NCBI RefSeq assembly: GCF_032191835.1
Contig: NC_083228.1
Span: forward strand, 109,802,001 to 109,866,000
DNA length: 64,000 nucleotides
Direction: 5' to 3'
Source of the DNA: Heteronotia binoei
Taxonomy: Eukaryota
In this document: positions 1 to 13,100 of the stretch, piece by piece
Numbering within the stretch: the first letter of the stretch is position 1
How the letters are laid out: each line of letters opens with the position of its first letter
The notes under the pieces: model-generated
Database searches by the model: none
The model's input: the letters and a program-made list of their open reading frames with translations, nothing else
Told to the model about the DNA's origin: nothing
Position numbers and translations under genes: made by a program

Positions 1-318
1 TTATCTTTCTAATGTTGTAATATGAGTCTTAGCATAGAGGGTCCATTTCCACTGACCATCAGTTAGCCTCAAAGATAATTTGAAATTCTATAAGAATTTT
101 TTTTTAAAAAAAACTAATATAAAATTGATATACTTCTTCCATGAAAAACCAAATAACTGGACATACTCAAAACATATGCTTTAGGGATGCATCTTGTACG
201 TTACAACACCAACAATTAGGCACTCAGTTCTTTGACAAAGAGTTGCTGTGGTGTCCAGTATATCCCCAATACATTTTTTTTTGCTGAATAAATATCAGCT
301 TAAGATTCATAGAATAAG

Positions 319-456
319 NNNNNNNNNNNNNNNNNNNNNNNNNNNNNNNNNNNNNNNNNNNNNNNNNNNNNNNNNNNNNNNNNNNNNNNNNNNNNNNNNN
401 NNNNNNNNNNNNNNNNNNNNNNNNNNNNNNNNNNNNNNNNNNNNNNNNNNNNNNNN
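319..456. other. Assembly gap (138 N)
   Basis: Run of N; ORFs 248..469 and 300..488 cross it and are meaningless. Confidence 0.99.
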
Positions 457-496
457 AGCCTGGTGCTAGCTGGGATAGGGCGATTCATTCAATGTA

Positions 497-498
<2 letters not shown>

Positions 499-563
<65 letters not shown>
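499..563. repeat. (TAA)n microsatellite, about 21 units
   Basis: Perfect TAA run just after the gap. Confidence 0.97.
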
Positions 564-2367
564 GAAAGAGTAGGTGTAGCCTTTAAGGCCATATCCCAGT
601 CAGTGTGGGAATGTCACTTGTGATGTGTGGGGTGGTAGTTTCCAAAGGTTTTTTTTTTTTTAATTTTGCATTTGCTCTATCACAACTGCTCAGTACAGTC
701 CAGCAAGTACCTTCCATTTAAATCCTCATGGTCCAGGTTTTGCACAGACATTTTAGCATTAGTTTATTGAATGAAAAAGAATAGGAAGGAACACAGGTAA
801 GGGGGGGGGGGGGAAACCCACTGTTGAAACTGACCAGACTTTTTCTGCAACTAACAAGCAGCTGCAATGTCCTATTTTTCATATTGCCGAGCTCTTGGGG
901 ATTCTCTGCTGTGTTATTGACCACTGTGAAAAATGGGAAAGAGTCACATGATCTCATAATATGGGGGTACATGTTGAGTGTACAGAATGCATGGCAGAAC
1001 CCACTGACACTGGCATTGCTAGCTGTGAACATTGACTCAACTGCCATTTTAATGTTTCCAGAGGTGGAGAAACGCCATCTTAGTTAATGGTGGTGCTTGG
1101 TTGGGAGGGAACATGAAACTGCTAAGGCAGGCTTTGCGGCCTAGCCTTCCCTTCACTCCCTCCTCCCTTCCAGAGTTAAACCATCAACTCTAGGAGGAAA
1201 GCCTCTTAGAGGGGCAGGAAGTTCTTTTTTTTTATTGGAGTGAGGCGGGAAAAGTTCAGTTCTCGGCTGGCCCTCAAGGAGAGAGGTTGTCAGTCTGTGG
1301 GCTCCTGACTGTGGGAGAGGCCTTCTCAAGAGGCAGAGGAAGAGTGGACAACAGGCAGTCAGACCGAGGAAGACATCCACAAGGCAGGGCAAGTTTAGAC
1401 CAGGGACGGGAGGATGTGTTTAAATCCACCTTTTATTTGTCATTCTGGTTGCTGCTCGGGTGCTGTGCTAAACTTTTACATGCAACTGCTTTTGGGGGTT
1501 TTTTTCTTTTCTTTTTCTCTTCTAATTAAATATTTTTACTGTTTTGAATGCTGGCAGTCAAACTTTGTACCACATAGATCCCCAACCGCTTTAGACCACG
1601 CTTTATGAAGGGGGCCCTGGGGAAAGGGGGAAGGCCTGTAGTTGGATAAGGTGCCAATCCTCCAGGGGTTCCCCGAAGAAGTGCTGTGGTCTCTGTGATG
1701 GTGGCAGCGAGCCCAAGTGGCCCAAGTGGCCGGAGGAGAAATAGCTCCCTCCAAAAAGGGGAACGGGGTCTGGTAGGCAAACCAGGGCCGTTCCGTCACA
1801 CCAGAGACTACCAAAATAGTTCCCCATCTCAAATGTAGTTCATTAAAGTGTGAAAGGTAAAAGGTTTAGGCTCCAAAGCGTTAGGCTTCCCATTCCAGTC
1901 TCTCTCTCACACTTTATATCTCATGTCAATTTCATTCCATGCTGAAGATCCTCCCCTTTATTTTGTTTGCATGCAGTACTGAAATCCTTTTTTTTTTTTG
2001 CATTGGGGATGCTGCCATTTGCCTTCTCTCTGATCACGTTTTCAAGTCAATACCCAGAGGGAACTAAACCTCATGCAGCTCCTTTTAAACTCCCCCCCCA
2101 TATTTTAACATTTTTATTCTGCAGCCAAAATGAACGATAGTCTCATATTGCTAGACTCATGCTGCTTGTAAAAAAAAAAATGAGGGGGGAATTGAGCTTG
2201 TGTACCAATGAAAGAAGGAGGATAGTGGAAGGTACAGAGTGGGTGGAATGATGTTGATGTGGCTGGGAGAGTGACCTTTGAGAGGCAAATAAAGGAAAGT
2301 GGGGAAGTCCAAGGGAATCTGTATGCTTTTGAATTATCTTTGGCTTGAAAGCTAAACATGGGGAAAA

Positions 2368-3155
2368 TTGGCCCAAAAACAGCTACTTGTGGAGGAAGAG
2401 TTTGACTCAGGAAATGGGATATCTCCTATTCTGGATGGGGTTGCATTTCCCCTGAGGGAGCAGGTTCATAGCTTGGGGGTGTTTCTGGTTCCAGGCCTCC
2501 TGTCGGATAAACAGGTGGCAATGGTGGCAAGGAGTGCCTTTGGCTGGAGACTGTCCTAAACCTACATTTGATACAGAATGCTACAGCCTCAAAGTTGACT
2601 GGAATGGGTAAAAGGGATTCTATCGCTCCAGTTTTGTTCCAGCTACACTGGTTCCCAGTTTGCTTCCAACTTCAGTTCAAGGATCTGGGATTGGTCTTTA
2701 AAGCTTCATATGGCTTGGGGGTAAGCATATTTTAAGGACTGCCTTCTCCCATATGAATTACACATTTCTCAGGTCATCTTCAGAGGCCCTGCTTCAGGTG
2801 CCCATACCAACTGAGGGTAGATGGGTAGCATGAGATGGGTAGATGAGAAAGGGCCTCCTTGGTCATGGTGCCAAAACTTCAGAACTTGCTCCCTATGCAA
2901 ATTCATCTGTTTCCATCTTTCGTTGTCTTCAGCCAGTGGGTGGAAACTTTTGCTTTTGTTTGGCATGCCCTCAGTAACTGTTCTTGGCTGTCCTCCTTGG
3001 ATTTGGGGTTATTTATATGTTTTATTGAATTGGTTTATACATACCTTATAATAAATGTTGTTTTATGGTTAAAATGTTTTAATGTTTCAAGGTTTGCCGC
3101 CTTGGAGGCTTTATTGGGGTGGAAAGGTGGCATAGAAATTTTTTAAATAAATAAA
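2368..3155 (+). mobile_element. L2-type LINE 3' fragment, decayed and internally deleted
   Basis: VAFPLREQVHSLGVFL...DKQVAMVARSAF resembles the L2 ORF2 C-terminal region; ends with GCCGCCTTGGAG...GAAAGGTGGCATAGAAAT and a (TAAA)n-like tail. Confidence 0.75.
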
Positions 3156-3224
3156 AAAATTAACAACTTAAGGCATTTACTCTAAAACCCAACCAGTTGA
3201 TCTGAGTGCCTAGGAGCAAGTCTT

Positions 3225-3410
3225 TTTTTTTTTTTTGAGCAGGAATGCAGTTCCAGCTGGTTTGGTATCAGGGGGTGTGGCCTAATATACAAATGTGTTC
3301 CTTCATAAAAAAAAAGCCCTGTGTGAAACACTGGTGACATTGGGGGTGTGGCCTAACATGCAAATAAGTTTTTGTTGGGCTTTTTCTACAAAAAAAGCCT
3401 TGCCCAGGAG
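3225..3410. mobile_element. Gecko-type non-autonomous repeat (CAGGGCTTTTT / AGGAACTCATTTGCATATTAGGCCACACCCC family, probably hAT-derived)
   Basis: Same motif recurs at 5210-5455, 26230-26370, 26570-26690 and 55735-55805; perfect ATGCAAAT at 3358-3365. Confidence 0.7.
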
Positions 3411-3779
3411 TATACTAAATGAGGCACAGGTCCTCAGATACCTCAGCTTTGGTAAGAAATCTGATTCCCAACCCCACCCCATGACAATTGCTTATGCTCT
3501 TATTACTTAGCCTCTTCTTTCACTAAAATGAAACATGTAGCTTATCTGTCAGTTCAGGCAGTTTACTTGCTAATGTGTATTGCACTGTATAACACTGTAT
3601 TCTGCCTCTGTAATTTTGCAAGCAGTAAGTTTGTTGTTCAAGCCTTTGAGAAGAGAGAGAGCAGCTGCAGAAATTGCCTGTCAGAATCAATAGCTGCAGC
3701 AGCCCCCCCTCCCCCCCACTTTGATAATGACACACTATAACCTCTAAACAGGAATGTCAACTGTTCTAGTCACGTTGTG

Positions 3780-3971
3780 GGTGGATGAAAGCTTGATTAC
3801 TGCGTACACTGCTGCAGAACTATAAGAATCAAAAGAGGACTACTCTCCTGGGTGTGATCAGTGTGTAAACTATGGACTAACTTTGCTGCTGTCAGCTGAC
3901 TTGGAACTGTTCACAGCCTCGAGAGTGTTCAATGAGATTTGGTCTTGAAAGAAGCTGTTCAGTAGAGCAAC
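3780..3971 (+). promoter_or_regulatory. Probable AADAC proximal promoter / 5' UTR with TATA-like TATAAG at 3821-3826
   Basis: Unique sequence directly upstream of the ATG; TATA-like box about 150 nt upstream; weak HNF4-like DR1 half-sites near 3873-3908. Position-based inference only. Confidence 0.4.
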
Positions 3972-4109
3972 ATGGGAATCAAGTTCCAGGGCCTTCTGCT
4001 TGCTTCTGTTTTGGTTGCTTATTACATTTACAGTCCCATTCCAGAGAATGTGGAAGATGGTTGGAGGCTGATGTTTATGAATGCTTTATTTAGAAGTCTA
4101 GGACATGTG
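3972..4109 (+). CDS. AADAC: AADAC exon 1 ([24 protein letters not shown]...SLGHV), N-terminal signal anchor
   Basis: ATG at 3972; donor GTAAGT at 4110; resembles human [24 protein letters not shown]. Confidence 0.95.
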
Positions 4110-7100
4110 GTAAGTTTAAATGTTTACTTATTCTCAGTATCTCTGTGCTCTTATTATTAAAATGTAAAGGATATATTCCTAGGGAAATTCAGTGACAAAG
4201 AGAAAACAGAGAACCCAGAATGGTTAGGATCCTAAAATTAGAACTAATAGTACTTCAAATCAAGTACTTTTTGACAATGAACAAGCTGTGCCAGAGGGGG
4301 TAGGAAACAGGGAAACATAATCTAGGTATGTGTCTATCTGTGGGAATTTCTTTGGGCTCAGATATGATATTTTAACAGGTAACATGAATGGAATGTGAGC
4401 TACCTGTTATTTAAAATGTACAGCTGTAGAAAGCTGCTGCAGCCGTTAATCTCTGCATTTTTTTTTTTTTAAATAGCATTCTGTCTTTGAGGCAGGAAAA
4501 TGAGATGCATCCTTGGATACAAGAAAGAGCTGTGGCTGTATTGATAGTGACTCACATTTTATGCATACTATGCACAGAGTGTTGTTATAAATAAGCACTG
4601 GTATTTTGGGTAGTAATCAATCCAGTGTGAATAAAGCTCTTAGAATTTTGTAATCACTTTCCCTTAGAACTAATACAATTTCTTAAAGCAGTTCTGTGCA
4701 AAAGAGAAGGAACTACATACAATACTCTGCAGTGGATCTGCATGAGAATTATATGGCTACTGCAGGTTTAATTATGCTTTTATTATAAGCTGCATGTTGA
4801 AGCCAGTGCGGCAGAGTGGCTAGATTGGGATGTGGGAGACCCAGGCTTGAATACTGACTCAGCTATGGAAACTGGTTGGGTGACCTCGGGCCGGTCATAC
4901 ACTCTCAGCCTAACCTACTTCACAGGGTTGTTGTGAGGGTAAAATGGAGGACAGGAGAGTGATGCAAGCCACTTTGGGTCCCCATTGGAGAGAAAGGCTG
5001 GGTTCAAACAAGTGAACAATTTAAAAGTCTTGTGCCAGCTTCAAGACTAATATCATTTGTTTCAATATGAGTTTTTATGATAAATACTTTTATTGAAATA
5101 TTGTTAGTCTTTAAGGTGCCACTGGACTCCCGTTTTGTTTTGCTGCAACTAACACAGCTACCACTTTGCATTAATCAATTTGCTTTGTTTCCCATTTGCA
5201 ATTAATCAGCAGGGCTTTTTTTGTAGAAAAAGCCCAGCAGGAACTCATTTGCATATTAGGCCACACCCCCTGATGGCACCATTGTTTTACACAGGGCTTT
5301 TGTAGAAAAAAAAACAGCAGGAACTTGTTTGCATATTAGGCCATACCCCCTGATGCCAAGTCAGCCTTAACTCCGTTCCTGTACACTGCATTCCTTTAAA
5401 AAAACACAACCCAGCAGGAACTCATTAGCATATTAGGCCACACCTCTGACATCACAAGAAGTGTGGTCATCCAGTCATGCCCACCTCGGAGCTTCAAGTG
5501 ATTGAAGTTGGAAGTTTTAGAGAGGGTAAAGACACTATAGTCATTCCAGCAGACAAGCACCCCATGACTATAGTAAAGACACTATAGTCATTCCAGCAGA
5601 CAAGCACCCCATGACTATAGTAAAGACACTATAGTCATTCCAGCAGACAAGCACCCAAAGCCCTGTTGTCCAGTATTATGTACAGCACAATTCTCAGGTT
5701 ACAGAGAGTCACCTTTGGGCACAAGGGCAATATTCCTGCATCCATCTATGCGAGGCAATGAACCATCAAATGGACCAGGGGTGGCCAAACTGTGGCTCGG
5801 GAGCCACATGTGGCTCTTTCACACATATTGTGTGGCTCTTGAAGCCCCCACTATCCCATCAGCTGGATTAGAGAAGGCATTTCTCTCTAAATCACTTCTC
5901 CAGGCCAAGCCAGTCGGCAGCTTAGAGAATGCATTTAAAATTAAAGTTGCTTTCTTTCACCTTCTACTTCTCCATCTATCTTCCTTCCTGCCTGCTTGCC
6001 TGCTCACTCTCAAACAACTGACATTCATGTCTGGTGGCTCTCAAACATCTGACATTTATTCTATGTGGTTTTTACATTAAGCAAGTTTGGCCATCCCTGA
6101 ACTGGATGCTCATGGATCACAGCTATAGCGACTTCCATGATCTTGGGTATACATTTCTGATTATGGCAGATCATGGAGACTTTTGGATGTCTTGTGAACT
6201 TTGTTACTGCAATATTTGTCTGAAAAGAGACATGTTGCCAGTACTCCTCTCTACTATAACATGTCTGCAAAAAGACAACCCCAGGTGCTGCCTACAAAAT
6301 GAGCCTAACCCCCACTGGCAAAAAGATGACCTTAACACCTTGCTGCTTTCAAACAAATGTCAGGAACACATATCAGTTTTTACCATACTGCCTTAAAAGT
6401 AGTTTTGTGGGTTTGCAAAAGGGTATTCCATACTTTTTTTCTGTGTGTGGCGCCTGCTTTCATGAGTTTGTCTTGGTGGCTAGAGTAGTTCCCATGCATC
6501 GGATGAGAGAGAAGGAGAAGAAACAAAGAATATAGAAAGGTGTGGCGTGGCTGAACAAGGAAGAAAAATACAATTTAAATTAAGAAGTTGGAAGTTAATA
6601 TTGCCAAATTCTACATAGGATAAAGTTTTCTTAGAGAATTTTAGCACTTGATAGGGGAAGCACTTCTGTTACCCTTCTGTTACAGCAGGTGTCTTCAAAC
6701 TTTTTGAGCCTGTGGGCACCTTGGAATTTTGAGAGAGGCTGAGCACTGTGCTAAAAGGCTTCCACAGAAGTAGAAGCCACACACAATACCTCCCTCCTTT
6801 CTTCACAAAAAAACCCTGTATGGCAACCGTGCTAAACACACGAAGCTGTCTTATTCAGAGTTTGGTCACTGGTCTGTCATGTCTTTGGCTGAAAGCAGGG
6901 CCGGCGTGTGGGAGTTGGCCAAGTAGACGGTGGTCTGAGGTGCCACCTGGCCTAGGGGCACCTCCTCTCCTTACGCGCTGTGCCCACTGCCATCCTGACC
7001 TCACTGAGGCTTTCTGAGGGAGCCAGGAAGAGGTCTTTGCACCCCTGATGACGTCACTTCCAAATAGTCCCCTTGGGGGAACAGGGGGGCAGGGTTCGGC

Positions 7101-10100
7101 CTGGGGTGCTAGAACTCCTAGAGCCGGGCCTAGTTAGAAGCATGGTCCAGCCAGTAGGAAGACAGCAAGCCTGCAAAAGGAGGGGGAGGGCTTCTACTCT
7201 AGAACACATTTCTTCTCACTCAATAGCCCAGCTCCCTGGATTTTGAGACCAGAACAAAGCTTTCTCTCTGCTTTGCAAAAGAAGGTCTTGGCAACATAGG
7301 TTTGCCAAACTCCAGGTGGGGCCAAACTCCAGCATTCTATTGGCTGGCCAGACATCAGGTATTAGTTTCCCTGAGGAAATGACAACTTCGGAGGGGGAGG
7401 GAATCTACCGTATCACCTTTCTAATGAACTCCCTCCCCTCTTCAAATTTTCTCCTCCCCAGCTCTACACCCAAACTTCCAAGAGTGTTCCAAGTTGCAAC
7501 TGTCAACCCTAAGTAGGTTGGGTCACAAATGCACCCTCCTGCATTGTTTTATTTCATGATGAACCCACAAAGAAGCCTTATGCCCAGTAACACGATTACT
7601 ATATCAAGGTTAGAATTGTCTCTAACGGCAAACATTCTTGGTGACATTGTGATGTTAATATTTAAATTTCTCTCTGGCTTTCCATGTTATTGTCAGTAGT
7701 TAACTGGCTGCCTTGTCCACCATGGCTGTAGCCTAGCGGCAGTCCTGTGGTAAAATAGTCAATAACTCCTCTATGAACCTGCGTATGGATTGTTGCTATC
7801 TAGGTGTTGCTGATATAGGCACACAAATGGATCCTGGGATCAGGTAATTAAGGTATGATAAAGATAAAAAGACAAGGTGATTAGGAGGACTTTGGTCTTC
7901 AGTATCACAGCTTGAAGAATTAAATTCTGCAGTCCTGAGTTCAAACAGAAACCGATTATCTTGTTTTTTTCCCTCCTGTTCCTCCTGTTCTATCACTGCA
8001 GCCACTGTTCTACCTAGGGTTGCCAAGTCCAATTAAAGAAAAATCTGGGGACTTTGGGGGTGGAGCCAGAAGACATTGGGGGTGGAGCCAAGAACAAGGA
8101 TGTGACAAGCATAATTGAACTCCAAGGGAGTTCTTGCCATCACATTTAAAGAGACAGCACACCTTTTAAAATGCCTTTCTTCCATAGGAAATAATTAAGG
8201 ATAGGGGCACCATATTTTGGGGCTCATAGAATTGGACCCTCTGGTCCAATCATTTTGAAACTTGGGGGGTATTTTGGGGAGAGGCTCTAGATGCTATACT
8301 AAAAATATGGTGCCTCTATCTCAAAAAATAGCCCCTCCCAGAGCCCCCAATACCCATGGATCAATTTCCTATTATTCCCTATGGGAATCGTTCTCCATAG
8401 GGAACAATAGAGTGCCTAGTAGACATTTCCCTCCCCCCCCCCTGCTTTCTAAAGGAGGGGAGGGCCTCCAAACTAGGGAATCCCCTGCCCCCTCCCTCTC
8501 TCACACACACACTTACCAGATCTTCCTCCGGACAACTCTACTTCCTGTGAAAACGAAAGCAAAGAAAGGGAGGGGCCGTTCTCAGAAGCCCTTCCTGCTT
8601 CCTGCCCAGCCTTAAAGGGGCAGACATTTTGCAAACGGCTCAGGAGCTCTACAACATGAAGCCTAAAGGTATGTTCTCCCCCCCCTCCACCCCCCACCCC
8701 CGCTTCCAGAGTTTTGAAGAGCGGGAGATGAGGCTGCGAACCCAGAAGTCTCCCGCCAAAGCGGGAGGTTTGGGAAGCCTAGTTCTACCTCTGTAATATT
8801 TTATCTAACCACAAATCTTTGCTGTTACATTCTAATGTTATCTGTGATTTGCTCACTAATTGCCTGGTGTTACTGTATTATGTTACCTGTTTACAGATTA
8901 AGCAAGGTGTGCTTTTTGTCATACTTATAATCTCCTTTGGGTCCCAGTGAGAAAGGTGGGCTATAGATGAAAATTATAATAATATGCCTATATATATGCA
9001 GTGGAAGCAAAAATATTTTAAACGTTATTTAATAAGAAAAAAATGGTATTACAAATCAAAAAATGGCAAAAAAGAATAAGAGAGGGACATAGTTCACTTT
9101 GTGCAAGGAGAAATAAAAATGAAATGGGGACTTTCCGATCAAAACAGTGAAGCTTCAGAATTCAGCCACATGTCAGGACTGGGTATGAAGACAAGACAAG
9201 GCAAGTGTGCGTGTTGAGAGAAAATCACTCCAACAAATGTAGGGCCGCCACCATTTCTTCTGGCCTTGCTCCCATGTTTTGAATGGCAGTGTGAGTGGGC
9301 ATACAGAAATTATGCAAGTAAAGTTTTCCTCCTTCACCTCTAATTGTTTCTGCTTGACTGCTTTGAAAAGAATAAGATCACGGCCAGAAAAGAAGCAAAC
9401 ACCCTAAGCAAATAGCAAGCCCAGTTCTTGCTAAAGGGCTCTTTTCAGTATGTATGTTAGATGGCAGGCCTGGCTTGTTTCTCAGCATTCCATAGGCAGA
9501 GTGTCAAGGAATTCCAGGCTGAACCCCGTGGGTCCACAGGGCAACTTGTACACAAGTAACCAGACCATTGTTAATTTTTAAAAAAGATTTATAAAATTTC
9601 ATTCAGCTTCTGTCGATTTGAAAATTTACATTCTGTAGCCAACACATTGCTCTAAACCATGCAGCAAAGAAAACAAAGAAGTTGGCTTAGCTACCTGACA
9701 CTTTTAGAGTTTGTGTTAGATGGCACAAACCATGATTCAGCAGTCAGAGGCCAAAGCTCAGGTGTTCTCTACATTGCTAGCAATTGCAATTCAAACAGGT
9801 CATAGTTCAGGCCTTTAGTCTTGTCATAATGGTCACCCAGCCCAACCCAGGACAGATGGCCTTTGTGGTTCAAGGAGGCAGCTTAGCAAGATTACAAACA
9901 GCTGGCATACACCTCTGTGCACCTCAACTTTGGTAGGCTGTCACCTGTCCCTTTTCCTTCCCTCTAGTCAGGAGTCAAACTCCTGACCTTACCAGGAATG
10001 ACTAAGAATTCCTTCCTGCAAGATGGAATCTCAGCAGGAATTCACAAAATTTAAGTGTTAGTGGTAGGTGGACTGCCAGTCTTAGGCAGATTCTGTTAGA

Positions 10101-13100
10101 TTCTTTTGCAGGCTGTGAAGACAAATAACTGGAGTTATATATGTTTTTTAAAAATAGTTTATTAAGGTGGAAAGAGTACTTAAAACATAAGACCAGTCAG
10201 TGAGAAGAAAATAAGAAATGTAAATACTTAGATGCTAGCTGAAACACTTTAAAGATAATGCTTCATAAGTCCAAGATGTTACCCTTCCAGTTGCAGGTTC
10301 CAAGACAACTCTTCTCCGGAGTTCTACAAGCCAGTGCTGATTGGCTTCAGCAAACTAAGTCCAAAGATGGCTGAAATGAGCCAAGGCATGCCAACAAGCC
10401 ATGATTTCATGTAGGCACCTTCCAGGCTAAAGAATAGATTTTTGGTTGCTTTCTTTATTGCCAAGAGTTCTGAATATTGCTAGACCTTTGCACCAGAAGG
10501 CAGAAGAGTCTGTCTGCAGCCAAACAAACAGGTGCCTAATTGGGTGGAATGTACAGGGCAGATAACTGCAAAACAAAGCCAAGGCAAGTTGCTTATTACT
10601 CCATACAAGATCACTGTGTGCTCTTCCCAGCATAGCAATTTGAGTCTCTAGAGCAAGGGTGGCCAAACTGGCTTAATGTAAGAGCCACACAGAATAAGCA
10701 TCAGATGTTTGAGAGCCACAAAACATGAAAAGTGTTACACACACATCTTTATTAAAACTCTTAATACTTTCTTTGCACGGAAAGATAAAATACATATGTA
10801 TGAACTTTACAACACGGTAGGGTTGCCAAGTCCAATTTAAGAAATATCTGGGGACATTGGGGGTGGAGCCAGGAGACATTGAGGCGGAGCCAGGAACAAG
10901 GGTGTGACAAGCATAACTGAACTCCAAATTTTAAATATAATAAGAATATACATAGTTAGAAAATTAAAACATTAAAACCACTAATTAACTAACTAGCCAA
11001 CCACTAATTATGGACATCAGATTTGCAAACACATCATTAGAATTCAATAGAAAAATAGCCATCCAAACTGAGTGGCCCCTGAAGTTCATGGCATAATTAA
11101 AAGTAGCTTCCCCCCCCCCCCTTATGCTGTAGACAGCTGACTAGCATTCCTTGTTAAGTTCATTCACGTGAGGACCGGCGGTGGCGGCAGTGGCAGCTTG
11201 AGTTCCCCGGGGCCGGCGAAGAGCGCAGCCTCTCGGGCCCCCAGAACTAGCTTGAGCTGGGGTCCTCGGAGAAGAGGCAGCAGCAGCGCAGCGGCGTTGC
11301 CGCTCCGAGATGGGGCGGCTCGCCACGCTGCGTAGCCGCACGTCCTTTCCACGAGGGATCCTCTACCTGGCCTGCCTTGCCCTGCTTCTAAAACTTGCAG
11401 CTGCGGCGGCCTGTCCGTCCCACGCCCTCGCCTGGCCCTACCCAAGGCCGCCGGCCGCTCCACAGCCGGGGGGGGCACACCAAGCCGGCTCTCCTGGGAC
11501 GAGCTGCGCGCCCGAAGGACTCTTACCTGCACCATCTCCTCTGCGGGCAGGCGCTCTCCTCCCCCGGCTCCGGTCGGTGGCGGCAGCGGCGGCTTGAGTT
11601 CCCCGGGGCCAGTGAAGAGCGCGGCCTCTCGGGCCCCCAGAACTGGCTTGAGCTGGGGTCCTCGGAGAAGAGGCGGCAGCAGCGCAGCGGCATTGCCATT
11701 CCGAGATGGGGCGGCTCGCCATGCTGCTTGGCGCCGTTTCCCCCCTCTCCCCCCACTTCCGTTTTTTTGGGGAGCGGGGGAAGAGGCTGGAAAACCTGGG
11801 GTCCCCCACTAGGGCGGGAGGGTTGGGACCCCTACAACACGGCAATGCTAAAAGGAGGCTTTTTAAAAAAATCAAAAGCTGGGCAATGAGTCCTGTCAGC
11901 AGGAGACCTCTACTTCTACTGAGGTGGTGGAGGCCTGGGAACCCTATATGCATTTGATAAGGACAATGGGGCAAATCAAAGGGAAACATAAGATCATTGT
12001 AAAAAAAACAAATCTGGTAGGGCCTGTTTGCATGACAAGTTTATTGTGCACACCTGTTTCTCATTTGGTGCATTCAGGTGGTGTTTCTGTCCATGGGGTG
12101 TTGCAATCAAAGGGTAATATTTTGTTTCTGAGAAATTGTAAAACTTTCCTTAAGAGGTGCATGGTATTGTAATTGCCATGTGGAAAGTGGTTACACAAGA
12201 GCAGACCTCACCTCCAAAAACTGGACATTTGCCTCTCACTCATTTCTGGCACAACTGCTTAGTTATTGACCTAAGTGACACGTGGGAAAATAACTTTATT
12301 TTCTCACTTGTCACTTAGGTCAATAACTTCCACAAATATTAACTTCCCACCTTGCCACCCAGGCTAATAACAACTTCCACAAAGGAGACAGATTCCTCTC
12401 ACTCAAATTCCTTCTTCCACCCACACATTGCTTAGCACTCCTCTCACACAAAAGCCGTTCCATGAACAACCCAGACAACTCTGCCTTCCAGGGTACAGCT
12501 ACCATCCAATCACAGCACAGTTCATTCATCTGTCTTCCACTCTGCATTAAAACATAGGAATAAAACACAGAGAGAATATTTACATGGCAAAACACCATAG
12601 TATCCCAGAGACTTTGCCTTGGCCTTTTAGCTTTCCAAAGGTCATGTGTTATTTGGCTTTTCAAAGGGCGTTTTGTGAAAACCAACTGTGGGATTGTTGA
12701 AAACTGAACTTTTTTTTTAATGGAAATTTTTGATTGTGGGTAATATTATGATTATATTTGTTTTCAACTGAATTTTTAGGTTTTATTGTTTTATTTCCTT
12801 TTATTAGTTTATGCTGTGAACTGTTGGTAGGTGCCTTGAGTCCTTTTGGTAGTAAAAATGCTTTAAACAAATGAAAGACCAGATTTCTTGTTGCCCTGCC
12901 CTAGGGTTGTCATGTGCCTGTGAGAGCCTTGCTTGCTGGCACTGCAGAAGCTGGCAGGAGATTTTTTCTAAAAATCACCATTGATAACAGAAGTCACTTC
13001 TGGGTTTTCCCCAGAAGTGGCTTCATGCCTCTCTAGGAATCACTGGATTCACCAGAATCTCTGGAAACTTTATGGTGATTCTTAGAAAGCTGTAATCTAA

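Noticed and set aside
700-2300. Short ORFs upstream of AADAC
   Set aside because: No recognisable domains or consistent splice structure; probably decayed repeat sequence. The same applies to the other 60-150 aa ORFs in the track not listed as features.
5526-5656. CRISPR-like repeat array
   Set aside because: Units are directly adjacent with no spacers and the DNA is vertebrate; it is a minisatellite.
7049-7056. Perfect CRE palindrome TGACGTCA
   Set aside because: Part of the TGACGTCACTTCC motif inside a decayed hAT-like repeat; no independent support.
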